Positions 18,507 through 41,976 are shown, counted from the first letter of the stretch. The stretch is DNA of 64,000 bases from Eledone cirrhosa (GCA_964016885.1 OZ024755.1:12896001-12960000), one strand, 5' to 3'. The notes: generated from the letters alone by a model not told the origin. Made by a program: numbers and translations.

Positions 18507-20320
18507 AGGCCGACTAAGCTGAACCTTTGAAGCCCGCGAGGACTAAGACCTGACGATATTTTTGGTTGTATTAGTGTGAAAGATCGAATTGGCAGAGATG
18601 GACCCAAAATACCTGAGACCCTAAGGTACCTGCCAAGGATTTACCAAGCCCTTAAATAGTTTTCTAATTTGGCACTTGTAGATAGATTTGTTTTCGTTAT
18701 TTCCTAGATCACACAGAGCCTCGAAATGATTTTTTTTAATTATCAGCCGTTTGTATTTATCATTAATATATAAATATATTTATCAATAAACGAACATAAA
18801 TAATTGTTGTTTTGTTTGTTTTACTGGGTATCCCCAAAGAAAAAAAAATTAAACAGCGAAAGAAAGAGATGTTTTGTGCTATCCACTGAGGACTGTGTGC
18901 AGAGGATCTAGTTGGAGAGAGGAAGGAAGACCAAGTGATCTTGAATATGAGTCACAAAAATGAACAGGTGGTTTCGGTCATGCAGACTGTTGATGTTAAG
19001 CACCTGGTCGATGGACGACACTAGCGCTTTACATGCGAGAGTGCTTGGGATCTTGATGATCACTCTACGCGACTGCCTGAGGTGGGAGATAGCTATCCAA
19101 ACCTCACTTAGATTGGGAGAGGCCAGGCCACTGTTGTGTCGAGCACCCGAGTCTTCGTGTGGTATTGAGGGAGGCAGTGTGGACAGTACCACCAGTGCAG
19201 GGATTCTGAACTCATCTAGTAAGTTTGATGCAAACTAATCTCTAATCTGGCCGAGTTTACAGTCGCAAATAAGAAAAACCAGGGCCACCCTTCAGAGCAT
19301 TGGATTTGGTGTACTTCATATTTGTTTCGGTTGCTGAATACAATCAGGGGAAGCTGATTCTCCTGAAGGTCAATAGTTCTCTTCTAACTCGAGCAGGAGC
19401 TCCTTTCCATTGTCAATATGCATTGATCATCTGCAAAGCCGCATTGTTCTCAGAACGACTACACGAATCTTTCGATGCTTGCAGCTGGAACTACTGTCAC
19501 CCATTGATTTGACAGGAATGCAACTCATTTCTACAATTTAGTAAACTGGAGCAACGTGAAATAAATTGTCTTGCTCAAGAATACATCACCCGGTCTGAGA
19601 ATCGAACTCATAACCTTTCGATTGCAAGCCCAATGCTCTAACCACTAAGCCATGAGCCTTGATGGAAGGTGGAAAAAATTGTTATGGTTAGATCAGTGGC
19701 ATAGATCAGCCTCCTGTAATGTGAAGGAGCTCCTGATATTACTAGAGCTGGGAGTAAGCGATGTGATTAGATAGGACATTCTGGTTTTCTACCCATACTG
19801 GGTTTAGGTAACAACCAGGGTTTGGAAAACAGAAGTATATATACACATATATGATGGCTGCAAACTCTAAGAATATTGCAATCGCTTGTCAGGTTATAGA
19901 GTTTGGTGCACCTTTAGGCTACAGCCAGCCACACGAACCTGTAACAGATCCTGAACAAGCAATGCCTGTGCTTTGAAAGTTTGTTTTTTTAAGTGGAGAA
20001 AGGCCTTGCACTCGACCAATCCCACTCTCTGAGCATTGAAAACACTATCCGAAAAGGAGAACTGGTCAACATCATCGGATGCTTCCAAAGCCACGGGGTT
20101 TTTTGATGTTTTTTTCAGAGTTTTCCCCTCCTAGAAAGGTGTTGTTACAACAACTGGGACCCTTTCACTACTGGGTGGAAAGAAAAGTACTATTTGGATA
20201 GCCGTTGACTCTGCTAGGTTCCTGTATTTCATCCCGCAGGGTGTAGAAATATCCCGCAGGTTCTACTAGGTTAAATGTTACCATTAGCATTCGAGAGCGA
20301 CCTGACATAACATACATATA

Positions 20321-20362
<42 letters not shown>

Positions 20363-20719
20363 CACACACACACATATCAAATGCGTTTGCCCAAAAATAA
20401 CTGGTCTATATCATTGGATACAAATGAAGTGGCAGATTTTACACAAGAGTGACCTTGGAGATGTCTTAATGAAGACTAGAAATATCTCGCTCTTCAAAAA
20501 AAATTGATTGGCGATTGACTCTCCTGGGTTCCTCCGCCATTTGACGAATTTTGTTTTACATCCCGTATGGTGGGTGTCCAAAACCACCCTCCTCAGCAAG
20601 CAATCTTGGTGTGGATGCCGGTTTAGTCGCCGGCGACCCGACTATGATCAGGTCCTAGATGTGTCCTTTTATTTGTAATATGATGACTTTTATGTTGACA
20701 AATAAAGTTTACAATAAAC

Positions 20720-30870
<10,151 letters not shown>

Positions 30871-30989
30871 TCTTACACATTTCAATAAGGAAACTCAGGG
30901 AACTTACCTTGGATGTATTCCATCATAACAGCATCTTGTATAATCAAATGTAAGTAGGTATATCCATTTATAAATGTCTATATGTGTGC

Positions 30990-31027
<38 letters not shown>

Positions 31028-31529
31028 CAGGTCAAAATTCGCATGCTGGTTAATCTATGGCAATCCATGTTCAGGGTAATTATCTAGTTGTGAATGGGAG
31101 GTAGGCCGCGTAAGCGTGCAAGAATGGTTGACAGACCTGTCAACTCTCCTCGTTGGACAGGGAGGCGTTTCACCCATTCGGGGGTGGGTAAGAGATCTCT
31201 TTTCTTGTGAAAATGGGGATAGCTTTCATTATGTTAAATCTCCCCGTTTTGGGGCACTTTTTTTCATGGTACTCCCCGTTTAGATTTTTATGGGTTGGTA
31301 GGTCTGAGATTATGCTTACATTTTTGGTGGATATTCGCATGTGACTCAATTGCTGCTGACCTTTGTTGTACCCTATAAAGATCACGTGTCTACAGTGGTC
31401 TTAATATTTATATAAACATATGTTTATATAAATATTTATTTAATATTTCTTTTTTTGTGAACCATATAATATATATCATTTATTGTTATACTTTGGGAGG
31501 GTCATCCTGCTAATAAAAACACACTCACC

Positions 31530-31621
31530 TGTTGATTTTAACTTCAATTTATTATAAATTTCCGGTTGGTTGATTCGATAACCAACCGGAAATTTATAAT
31601 AAATTGAAGTGAAAATCAACA
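31530..31621. repeat. Fold-back palindrome, 42-bp arms
   Basis: TGTTGATTTTAACTTCAATTTATTATAAATTTCCGGTTGGTT / 8-nt loop / reverse complement with one mismatch. Confidence 0.9.
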
Positions 31622-31837
31622 ATATGTTTCAACACACGTTTTCAGATAAGAAATCTTGCAAAACAAATTCAAAAGCGAAATATATCATCTAGTTTTAAAT
31701 AAAGTTTGATCGATATAAATAATCTAGTTACTTCCCTTGAACCAACCCTCCATGTGTACTTATAATGGGTTAGAGTATAATAATAAATATATTCATAAAT
31801 ATGTCTATATGATAAGACAGCAAGCATTTACTTTATA

Positions 31838-32000
31838 ATAATTATTCTACTTTTGGCATAAGGCCAGCAATTATCTCAGTGTATTACTGGTACTTTATTT
31901 TATCGACCCCGTAAGGATGAAAGCCAAAGTTAACCTCGACGGGATTTGAACTCAGACCGTAAAGGGAAGTTACTATGCAAGAAAACATAGTGTCCAACGA
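31838..32000 (-). mobile_element. SINE family 1 copy
   Basis: Same body as the 6114 copy. Confidence 0.75.
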
Positions 32001-32004
32001 ATAA

Positions 32005-34300
32005 TATACAAATGTCAGGGAAGTGAAAAGTGTGAGTCATGATATGGAGGGGGAATATTAGGTGTAGTGTTGGCGAATCTCAGGAAGCCTGGAGGTTTTA
32101 AAGGATGCAGTGTCTCGACAGCTATTAACTGATGCAGGTAGTTTGTTCCATGCTTCAGCAACTCTGAGCGTGAAAAAAATGTCTCCGAAAGTCAGGGGAG
32201 CTGTGCTGTTTTCTGACTTTGTTGGCATGCCCACGTGTTAGACACATGGAAATCAAAAAGGTACTCAGGGTTGTTGTTGGCAAGATGGTTAATAATTTTG
32301 TGGGTGTTTACCAAGTCAGTTGCCAGACGTCGGAGCTTCAATGTATCCATTCCCAGGGAAGCAAGGCATTCAGAGTATGGTAGATGCCTGATGGAGGGTT
32401 TTTGCTTGGCTGCATGTCTGAACAGTTTCCAGGCGGTCAATGTTCTGAACAAGATAGGGGTTACCTACTGGTGGTGCAAATTTTAAATGTGGCCGCACCA
32501 TAGCTATATACAGCTTTAAATAGATCGCTGGAGAGCGACTGACAAAGTCTTGCTGAGTGATGCGAAGACACCATCGGCCTTCTTGACAATTATACAGAAG
32601 TGCTTCGTCCAACGCAAATCGCTGTTGACAGTAATGCCCAGGTCACGTTCACAAGAAGACTTCTTGATATTAGTGTGGACGCTGGGTTTTTACTCCCAAA
32701 ATGCATGGTGGTACACTTGTCCACAGCCAGCTTGTTGCATTGTGTCCAGGTCAGATTGCAGGCAAGATCTACAGTGTTCAGGATCTGTCCTTTTTATCTC
32801 AAGGTACAGCTTGATGTCATCTGCATATTTCAGTACGGTGGCATTCTTTAAGTTGGCATCTATGTCATTAATATATGCCACAAACAAAAGGAGGCCAAGA
32901 ATGGCATCTCATACGGTTAGGAATGCTGTCCTAGAACCGTGACTACCTCTTTTCGACTGAGAATGAAAGACTTCAACCAGTTAAAAAGATCAACCTTCAC
33001 ACCCATTACAGAGAGTTTTGTCATGTCTTTTGTGTGGCAAAGAATTGAAAGCTTTAGCAAAGTCAACGTAAATAACATCCACCCATGAGCCGCCATCGGT
33101 GATCCGGGTGATATCTTCAAGAAACTCCATAAGTTGATGACAGCAGCTGGAGTTAGAGATAAATCCAAATTGCGAGGGCCGGATAAGACAGAGTTCCAAA
33201 GTGTTTCTCTGACACAGGATTCCTTCAATTTGGCAATGCAGCTAGTAAGGCTGGACGATAGTTCACAGGTGATGTGCAGTCACCCTTTTTGAACAGAGGA
33301 ATGACACTGGCAGTTTTCCACTGTTCTGGAGTAGCACCGTTGTTCAGACAGAATTAGAAGCGTGATACCTGGTGCAGAAGTAAGAACCCACCACGTTTGA
33401 GAAGCAGGTATGTAACACCATCAAGACCAGGCGAGGCATGATTTCGTTTATTTTTAAGGTGACGTCGCAGCATTGCAGGTGTAAATTCCACAGTTGTAAT
33501 AGAATCCGATGTCGGAGGTGGTACACTCTGGTCTTCAAGTGAAAATGTTGCCCACTGTCAGGGTTGGCTGCTCAAATTCAAGCACTGCCTTTTTTGTCAC
33601 CTACTTGATGGTTGGATGATTTATTTCGCTCTTTTCCTATTAATATCTGATTTATGCAGTCTGTACTCACATTCAACATTACGTTCTTTCCTGGCAAGAT
33701 GGACTGCTGCAGTCCAAAAATTGCACTTTTGGGATGTTTTTTCTGCTTACGTGGCACCGATGCTGCACATGCTGTCCATATGGAGTACAGTGTTGTCATC
33801 GCGAGAGTCGTAAAACTCAAGCCAGTTTGGACGTTGCAGCAACAGTTCCAGTCAAAGTGAACAGTTTGGAGATGGTCGTGGTTTTTGTTACTGCCCATGA
33901 GGGACAGATTGGAATGATCAGTCACATAAAGTTTCCTCAGTAGTAACAATAACCGTTTCAGTAGTGGTGAAGAGTAGATCCAAAGTGTTGTCACCTCTCG
34001 TTGAGGAGGTGACTACTTGGGACCAGTTCGAGTCCAGCACTAGCTCAAGGAAACGTTGTGTAAGAAAGAAAAAAAAAAAAAAAAATCACCGAATTACCTG
34101 CAGGAACTTTCTAATTAGTATGTCGAGAAACCACGGAGAGCTTCCCTCGTACGTGGGGAAAATAGCAGAAGGGCTGCAGTGTGATTTGAGGGAAATGTCG
34201 CTGTTATTTCTAGTATACTGGAAGACCACGTTGAGGTTCCCTCATTAGTTGGTGAGAAATAGCACATCACAACGACGAGGTAGATATGTTGAGAGATCCT
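32005..34300 (-). mobile_element. Decayed CR1/L2-clade non-LTR retrotransposon (ORF2 remnant)
   Basis: Frameshifted RT motifs QFGF, VDVIYVDFAKAFNSLPH, FVAYINDI, LKYADDIKLY, LKLYIAMVRPHL, LKLRRLATDL. Confidence 0.85.
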
Positions 34301-34857
34301 GCAGGCTCATTCTTCAAAGAATACAAATTCCTTAACCTTTGTTTGGACATCAGATAATTCAACATGTTTGTTCCATCATAAAACTGGCGGGCTAAGCTTT
34401 TCAGAGCTAGAGGAAGATTGTAGAAAGTCTTTGCTCCAAGTAACTCACCGAATTATATAAATCTTGTAAAATTTTCAGTCCAGACCCATGCAGCTGTACA
34501 GGTCATAAAAGGTTTCTTGGGCATTCTATTAAAGAATTGAAAGCCCACTTTTATGAGTCCAGCATCTTAACCTCTAGTTATGTGAAGCAGTGAAATTAGG
34601 GGGGAGATTTAACAGAACTACCAACTAAATGTTTTGCTAATGTAGTTATAGGACATTAAAAATTAACAAATGGTTCTAATACCAAATGGTAACTCATGTA
34701 TTGAGAGTTAACCCTTGTGCTACCATATTTCCAATGAAAGATGTGATTTTGAAAATAAATCAAGAATTTGGAGAAGTAACTTTCTCATTAAGCCAGTGTT
34801 AAGAATATATGGTAGCTTTGTAAAACAAGCCAGGGAGCGTTAATATCAAAGGATTAA

Positions 34858-35335
34858 CCCTTTAGCATTTACATTACTCTAAATATACTATTGTATTTTT
34901 GTGGTAAAGGCTTTACTTCATATAATTATCTCTCATATACATGTGCTGGCTGCCTATCTCTGTAAATATTATTCTCCTTTCTCGTAGATATCTGCTGTCC
35001 TTTTCTCAATTTCAAAATGCCCCGTTCACACTGGTCATTTTTACTGTTAACAATTTTTCTAACTACACCACGTTGGCTATTAGATCTCTCCCTTAACCCA
35101 TCACATTTCGTACTCTCTCTCTCATTCATTCATTCCAGTTTATTTTATTGCTGTTTATTCCTAAATCTCCTATGATGATATATGTGCTGGCTGCCTATTC
35201 ATATCAAATCTGAGATTTAGATATTTATTTTGAGAACGATACCTTAAAATTAGTGTAAATGCTGGTTACAGCTAGTTTGAACAGAAAGAGGTGAAAGAAC
35301 TTTGGCCGGATATGACCAGTCTAAATGCTAAATAG
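34858..35335. mobile_element. TTAA-target MITE, same family as 14136
   Basis: ttaa|ccctttagcattta ... taaatgctaaatag|ttaa; internal sequence shared with the 14136 copy. Confidence 0.6.
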
Positions 35336-35993
35336 TTAAAAACCAGTAGAACAAGTACTATACTCAATATAAATCATACCTTTTTATTTCTTTCAACTTG
35401 AGACCTGGAGCCAAAAGGAAGCTGAAATGCTTTGGATCATACATAGATCTGCTAAATCAGGGTCCACCTGGGTGGATCTAAACATTCTAGGATAATATAA
35501 ACACTTTAAAAAAAAAAAGCAGCTGAGTAATCTTCTTCCCTTCTTGTCATGATACATGCACGATGATTAGAGAGACAGATTGAGATTGGTGAGCCAAACT
35601 AAATTGTCATTTGTAGTATTATGGATTACCTCTACGCCACCAGAAAAACGTCTGTGAGGGGCAATTCCGAACACCATGCAGAACTGTCTGATTAGGACAC
35701 CCCCAGTCGCATGCTGGAATTAGTAATGTAAAGCAAGAGCTAGTTTCACGTGGTTTGTTCTGAAAAGAGTTAAAACTCCTTTCTCCATCTAATGCTGAAG
35801 CACCTGTAACTTCTCAGGAAGATTCACTGCGACAAAGCTAGCGTCATGAATTTAAGATACAAATCACTTTTACTGAATGGACTGGAGCAATGTGAAATAA
35901 AGTGTCTTGTTCAAGGATACATGTCACCTACTCCACCACTCACCTTTACATGATGGTGAGGAAGAAAAAAGAAAAACAAACAAAATATAATTA

Positions 35994-36003
35994 TTTATTT
36001 TAT
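35994..36003 (-). terminator. RPL11 polyadenylation signal(s) AATAAA
   Basis: Overlapping AATAAA hexamers on the minus strand 13-22 nt after the stop, followed by a U/GU-rich tract. Confidence 0.65.
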
Positions 36004-36015
36004 TTCATGTGTAAA

Positions 36016-36045
36016 TTATTTGCCAGGGAGGAGGATACCATCAAA
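36016..36045 (-). CDS. RPL11: RPL11 exon 6 (FDGILLPGK*)
   Basis: cag|TTT GAT GGT ATC CTC CTC CCT GGC AAA TAA; total CDS 543 nt = 180 aa. Confidence 0.93.
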   Translation of the reverse strand, partial: FDGILLPGK

Positions 36046-36867
36046 CTGTAAAGAGAGAAAAGTTCATAGTTATATTTAAGTTATATTTCTCACATCAAAA
36101 AGTAATATAAAATATATTTATTACATCAAAAGGTAATATAGAATATTATATTTATCACATACATATGAAGCTTTATGAAATATCTTTGTATCTTTGGAGA
36201 GAAAATATAAAATATACAATGAGCTGTTTAGGTGATTAAAGCTAGCTATAACTCTTCAGTCGTGTCAATTACACAACAATCTCTCTCTCGTGTTTGATGG
36301 CGTGATAAAATGCATCCAGTATACTCAAGTTGTGTCAAAGACATGACAACCTTCCTAATGCTGGTACCATGATAATATGAACCCAGTATGGGAATGTACA
36401 AGCAAGAGGCTCATCTCAGAGATCAGAACCATCATCTACCATGTGAGGATGTTTAGTGCCATCCGCAGGCCCTGTCACAAGCAATAGATGACAGAAAGAG
36501 ATGGAGAAGGATAGTGATGACAATGAGGGAAATACAAACTTGTAGACCAAAATTAGCTTACAACACAGTTTTCACTTTTAACACATCAAGCACAGATTTC
36601 CTTTTTACTTAAAAACATTTCAGTTTCACAGATTTATATATATATATATAATGGGATGAACTTAATTTGGACAAATGTGTACTTCTAGAAAACCATCACT
36701 GAATACCCTTCATCCTGAAAACTATTTAATAAGGACTTAAGTTTATTTCTCAGCTACAGCTTATACAGAAGTCAAGCAGGCTTCCTGAGGCTGCATCTCA
36801 TAAAAGGTTTTTGAGTCCCAGTCCTATCATGAAAAAACAATAAATAAAAACTGAATAAATAATTCAC

Positions 36868-36962
36868 CTTCTGTTGGAACCACTTCAAAGCTTCTTCTTT
36901 TGTAACTTTATGTTTGACTCCTATCTTGTTCTTCTTTCGTCGACGAAGACTCACGTTGTAAC
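36868..36962 (-). CDS. RPL11: RPL11 exon 5
   Basis: GYNVSLRRRKKNKIGVKHKVTKEEALKWFQQK; 95 nt. Confidence 0.95.
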
Positions 36963-37647
36963 CTGGAAAACAAAGAAATATATTAAGACAATGAGAAATG
37001 CTTGGTATAGTGGATAAAAAACTAGATAACATTTTCAGCTCACACCTATGCAGCTTTAGCTAGCCTGCTACAAAGTTGCATTATAGAGATTTCTTGGGTG
37101 TTCTAATGATAGGGGACCCACCCCCACCATGAAATAAAGCATCTAGTTCAGGAATAGAACCCACGAATTTGGAAAAATTATTAATTGTCATAACTAAGTA
37201 ACTTAATATATGGTTCTGATATAATTATGTTGGGACCTTTTAATTTAAATAGGAACCTTTTAAAATGGATGGTTTTGTATCAATTTCAATTCCTTTTGTT
37301 TAAAATTAGAACCAAAAATGTTAAGTGACATTAACCCCATAATATTTATCTAAAAACCTTCCATTATAACTTTATATAAGAACCTTTCTTAATGTTCCAA
37401 ACACCAGCTTAACCCTTTTAATACCAATCCATTTTTGTCAAGTAATGATACAAACATCAGCTTACTAATTAAATGGTTAGCCATTTATTTTTAAAATTCC
37501 CCCAAATTGATGCAGATAAGCAGTGTATTTCATAAAAAATACAGTAACCTAATTCTTGATTATTTTCAAAATCATTTGTAAATCATGCAAAGTATATTAC
37601 ATTAGAAATACAGTAAGGAAAGGGTTAAAAAAGGGACTGGCAGTGAC

Positions 37648-37774
37648 AAATGTACCATAAATGAAGTAACTGAGGCCAACATAAAGTTGGAACAGTGTTG
37701 CAAAATATGGAATTACTTTAGCAATGGCAAGTCATAGTATATGAAGTTAACATATACTAAGTGTAACATTGCTT
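37648..37774 (-). ncRNA. Box H/ACA snoRNA copy A (RPL11 intron 4); predicted 18S guide; extra 5' hairpin to ~37836
   Basis: Hairpin AGCAATG..CATTGCT, H box AAAGTA, hairpin CCATA..TATGG, ACA plus 3 nt; pockets complementary to 18S GGCAAGUC-U-G-GUG and GAAGUA-U-G-GUUGCAAAG. Confidence 0.85.
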
Positions 37775-38521
37775 TCACTAAATCTTAAACCAACTGACAT
37801 ATTAACACTGGAATATAATGTCCTTTGTGCCAAGAGATATTCTTTTACTGACTTTATTTATTAAACTGTGACTATGCTGAGACTGTGTTGTTAAACCACA
37901 AAGGGTTAACATACACACCAGGTTCTCAGGCGGTTGAGAAAACTCAGCAAAGAAATGATAGTAGTAGGTGAAGTAGCTTCATATGGAACAGGACAGTCTT
38001 ACAGATTTTTATGAATTTCTGAAAAAATAACTTTGCAACCAAGGATGTTCCAAACAACACTATTTATAGTTAAAACAGCATAAGATGCAAGCACACTATA
38101 CATATGTACCCCAGGTACAAAAGCTTCCTTCAAGATATCAATTTTAACAATTAATATCACATTTTCTTTATTTTCTGACGGAATCTATACATGACACCCC
38201 AAGTTGCTAGAAATAGTGCAAATTGCACCCTACTTCAAGAAAAGACTCATTTCACTGTGCACAGGGAGGAAAAACAGGATGGTCTATCTATATGGAACAG
38301 TTGAACATAAGTCTATTGAATCAAGGCCAACTTGGAACTATATTACAATATGGTACTACTTTACAGCTAGTTTGACTGGGCTTATTTTGAGGGATAAATA
38401 TACTGATCAGACCAAATATAGAACCAATCATCATACAAAATGTGAACTCTGACCTTACTGATCCACTCAAATAGGATAACATCAATATCTCTTTATATCA
38501 GCGACAATTTTTTTTATAGGT

Positions 38522-38648
38522 AATTGTACCATAAATGAAGTAACTGAGGCCAACATAAAGTTGGAGCAGTGTTGCAAAATATGGAATTACTTTAGCAATG
38601 GCAAGTCATAGTATATGAAGTTAACATATACTAAGTGTAACATTGCTT
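38522..38648 (-). ncRNA. Box H/ACA snoRNA copy B (RPL11 intron 4)
   Basis: Near-identical to copy A; boxes and pockets intact. Confidence 0.85.
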
Positions 38649-39682
38649 TCACTAAATCTTAAACCAACTGACATATTAACACTGGAACATAATGTCCTTT
38701 GTGCCAAGAGATATTCTTTTACTGACTATATTAAGTGTTAATTTTCGCAGTAAGGGCCTAATCTCGCAGCAGCCTTGAATTGAAGAGATTTTGATGATGT
38801 TTTGTTTATTTTTAGAACGATTATTTAGTGTGGGTGTTTTCAGGCGATTTGAACACTAAAGGGTTGGTCTTGAGGGTGTTCCAAATCAAGCTTCACCTGT
38901 TTCCTGTTTTTATTTCCTCCTCAACATTTTGAGCCATATCCTTCTTGGTCTCCTGCCTTGCAGTCATTTTCATCACTCCTCTCAAACCACTTTTAACCTT
39001 CAACACACAACTTAGCCACTCCATTCCATTTCTCTACAAAACATGACTGACTATACTTTTTTCACCATCATATCCTCCCTCAACGCATAGTAAATATTTT
39101 ATGTCATATAATCCATGTAATCTATAAATTATACATGATTTACTTATTTACACATGATTGCTACTTTTGATACCCACACACCCTAAATAAATCTGGTCTA
39201 AAACTGTCCAAATTTAGTACATATATAAATAATAACTGAAATCTCATTACAATTCAAAGAGTAGTTCAGTTAATTCTAGTGTCGGAAATGCAACAGATCA
39301 CACCCATGGAAGTTTAGTTAGCTTCATATGAGGGTGCATTCCATAAGTTCCTCATATGTTTTAACACTGAACAGTCTCTAATGATTTGTAGAAAATGGGT
39401 TTGTTAATTTAAATGTTTACACTATCTTTATTAGTGGACAGATCAGAGAAAGTTTACAGTAGAATAATAACTAATTTTTAATATGATGGATGTTTTGCTC
39501 ATGTGGTTTCATTTGGTATAGACTAGAGAATTAATGATATGGGTACACCAATCCTACCACGATATTAAGAACCTTGCTCAAAAATACAATCTGCCACTCA
39601 GTCCAATTCAAACCCACAAGGCCATGCTGCTGACTTTCTGATGAATAAAAAAAGAAAAGAAAAGATAAAAATAACACTATAC

Positions 39683-39830
39683 CTGGTCGCCCAAGAACAA
39701 TGTAGAAATCCATGCCGTAGATTCCAATATTGGGATCATACTTAATCCCTAAATCAATGTGTTCTTGAATACCAAATCCAAAATTACCAGTCTCAGAAAA
39801 GTTTGACTTCCTCAATTCATATTCTCTAAC
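39683..39830 (-). CDS. RPL11: RPL11 exon 4
   Basis: [49 protein letters not shown]; 148 nt. Confidence 0.97.
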
Positions 39831-40383
39831 CTGTAAAACAATAAAGATTAATATCACAATTAATAAAATGCAGAAGAAACAAACCAGCCACGACCGTTTC
39901 TAATCCCAAATTACCTGAGACTGCCCCCAGTGTCACAATACAAAACCATTTGTCTTAAAGTATTGGCACTTATTTTAAAACCTTCCATCAAAATTTTATG
40001 TAAGAATATTAAATGTAAAAAAAAAGAAGCTGGTTATCAGATCAGACTAAGGAAACAATGTTTCCATTGCTAATACATCAAACCCTAACTAAAAAATGAG
40101 GAAATTAACCAATTCTTATTTGAAAATTATATAACAAAAGGGTTAAACTATTTGGATACAAAATCGTTCTTTGTTCTATGATAGAAAATTGTTTTATTTT
40201 AACTTTTACCACCCTGTAATGATTTACCAGAAAATATATTTAAAGATGGTAATTAAAATGTTTATAGTATTTTTACTAGTGGACAAATTGCGAAATATTG
40301 TCAGTGCTATTTTGTACTTTTTAAGAATGTTTTGCTTATATGATCTTGTGTTGTTGAGGATGTTAAAGAGTTAACTGATAAAT

Positions 40384-40508
40384 TACTGTACCATAAACGA
40401 AGTAACTGAAGCCAACAAAGTTGGAGCAGCGTTGCAAAATATGGAATTACTTTAGCAATGGCAAGTCATAGTATACAAGGTTAACATATACTAAGTGTTA
40501 CATTGCTT
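40384..40508 (-). ncRNA. Box H/ACA snoRNA copy C (RPL11 intron 3)
   Basis: Diverged copy; changes fall in loops or give G-U pairs; boxes intact. Confidence 0.8.
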
Positions 40509-41849
40509 TCACTAAATCTTAATAAACCAACTGACATATTAACACTGTAACATCATGTCCTTTTTTCCAAGATATTCTTTTACTAGTTTTACTTATTAAA
40601 CTGTGACCATGTAGAGACCTCTGCGTTGTTAAACCAAAGTTACAGGACATTAACACATACACATGTATGTTGATATTTTAAGACAGATTCTCAGGAGGTT
40701 GAGAAAACTCAGCAAAGAAATGATAGCAGATGATGTAGCTTCATGTGGAACAGGGCAGTTTTACAGCTTTTTATAAATTTCTTAAGTAACTTTCCAATGT
40801 AAGATGCCAACCAACTGCACATATACAATCGAGATACAAAACTTCAATTTTTACCAGCTGATTTAAGATCCACATGTCCTCATCAAATTAGGTTCAATGA
40901 GAATTCAACACAAACTGAAGTGATTTTTCCAACACCACCCTTTCTCTACTTTCATTTTAACATCCAGTGAAGAGTTAGCATAAAATGCCCCAAAATAGAT
41001 CTGCTAATTCATATGTTTATATCTTTACTAAGGGACAAATCAGTATCAAAATTCGCAGTAAAGTCTTTCACATTTAACATGATGCAGTCATAGTACTGTT
41101 CCATACTTTTCAAGAATGTCTTGCTAATAGTTTCATATGGTACATATTTTAAAGTGATGAATATTTGAGTATGAATGATTGTTTCCTGAGGAACTAGCAC
41201 CAACATTGAGCTAGGCCAGACCTGCGTATTAAGGAATTATTATAGCAGTATTTTGTCAAAGTATGACATACAGTCAAATACTTTGTTGTACACTGCTACT
41301 ACCAGTTTAAAACATTTTTTTTAAATGATTCATTAGTTTAACTGTACATACGGGGGCCTATTGCATGTGTAGTACATAATGTCTGTATGCATATTTACCA
41401 CATAAGCCTATAGGTGACTCCGATGTCACTTTATCAGCTAGAAATAATAACCACATCACCATCAATCAACTCACATTATATTGTCTGAATCCTTTTCATA
41501 CCAAGAGCCATACTCCCATTAAATGACAACTTAAGCCTTTTGATACTAAACCATCTGGAGCAATCCTTAGTTCTATTTAGAGACAGAATGGTCACATGAA
41601 AAAAACGTAATCTACCAAATCAAGATCAACTTGGCACTACACAACACAATATTGTTCTGAAATCAGGGTACCACACTTTACAGTAAGTTTGACAGCTTAT
41701 TTTAAAAATTATGTATGTAAAGAAGATAGATGCTATGAATTCTGACCTGTTTTAGACCAATCACTCAAATATGACACCCACTCTCTTTCACATATATATC
41801 ATACGAAATACTCATGCATAACAAGACGTAGTGACAAATTTGTATAGAA

Positions 41850-41976
41850 AAGTGTACCATAAACGAAGTAACTGAGGCCAACATAAAGTTGGAGAAGTGT
41901 TGCAAAATATGGAATTACTTTAGCAATGGCAAGTCATAGTATATGAGGTTAACATATACTAAGTGTTACATTGCTT
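41850..41976 (-). ncRNA. Box H/ACA snoRNA copy D (1503-bp array)
   Basis: Boxes intact; one substitution (ACTG>ACTT) breaks a pair in the upper stem of the 3' hairpin. Confidence 0.75.

Noticed and set aside
18908-20094. Short GC-richer ORFs (92-94 aa and 66 aa)
   Set aside because: No splice-consistent model or recognisable motif; probably decayed retroelement sequence, which cannot be classified by eye
36673-36800. Possible H/ACA RNA in RPL11 intron 5 (AAAUAA ... ACAUUU on the minus strand)
   Set aside because: The second hairpin is weak and no guide pocket or target was found
37648-37836. Identification as U17/SNORA73 (snR30)
   Set aside because: Lacks the diagnostic m1 (AUAUUCCUA) and m2 (AAACCAU) motifs in the 3' hairpin
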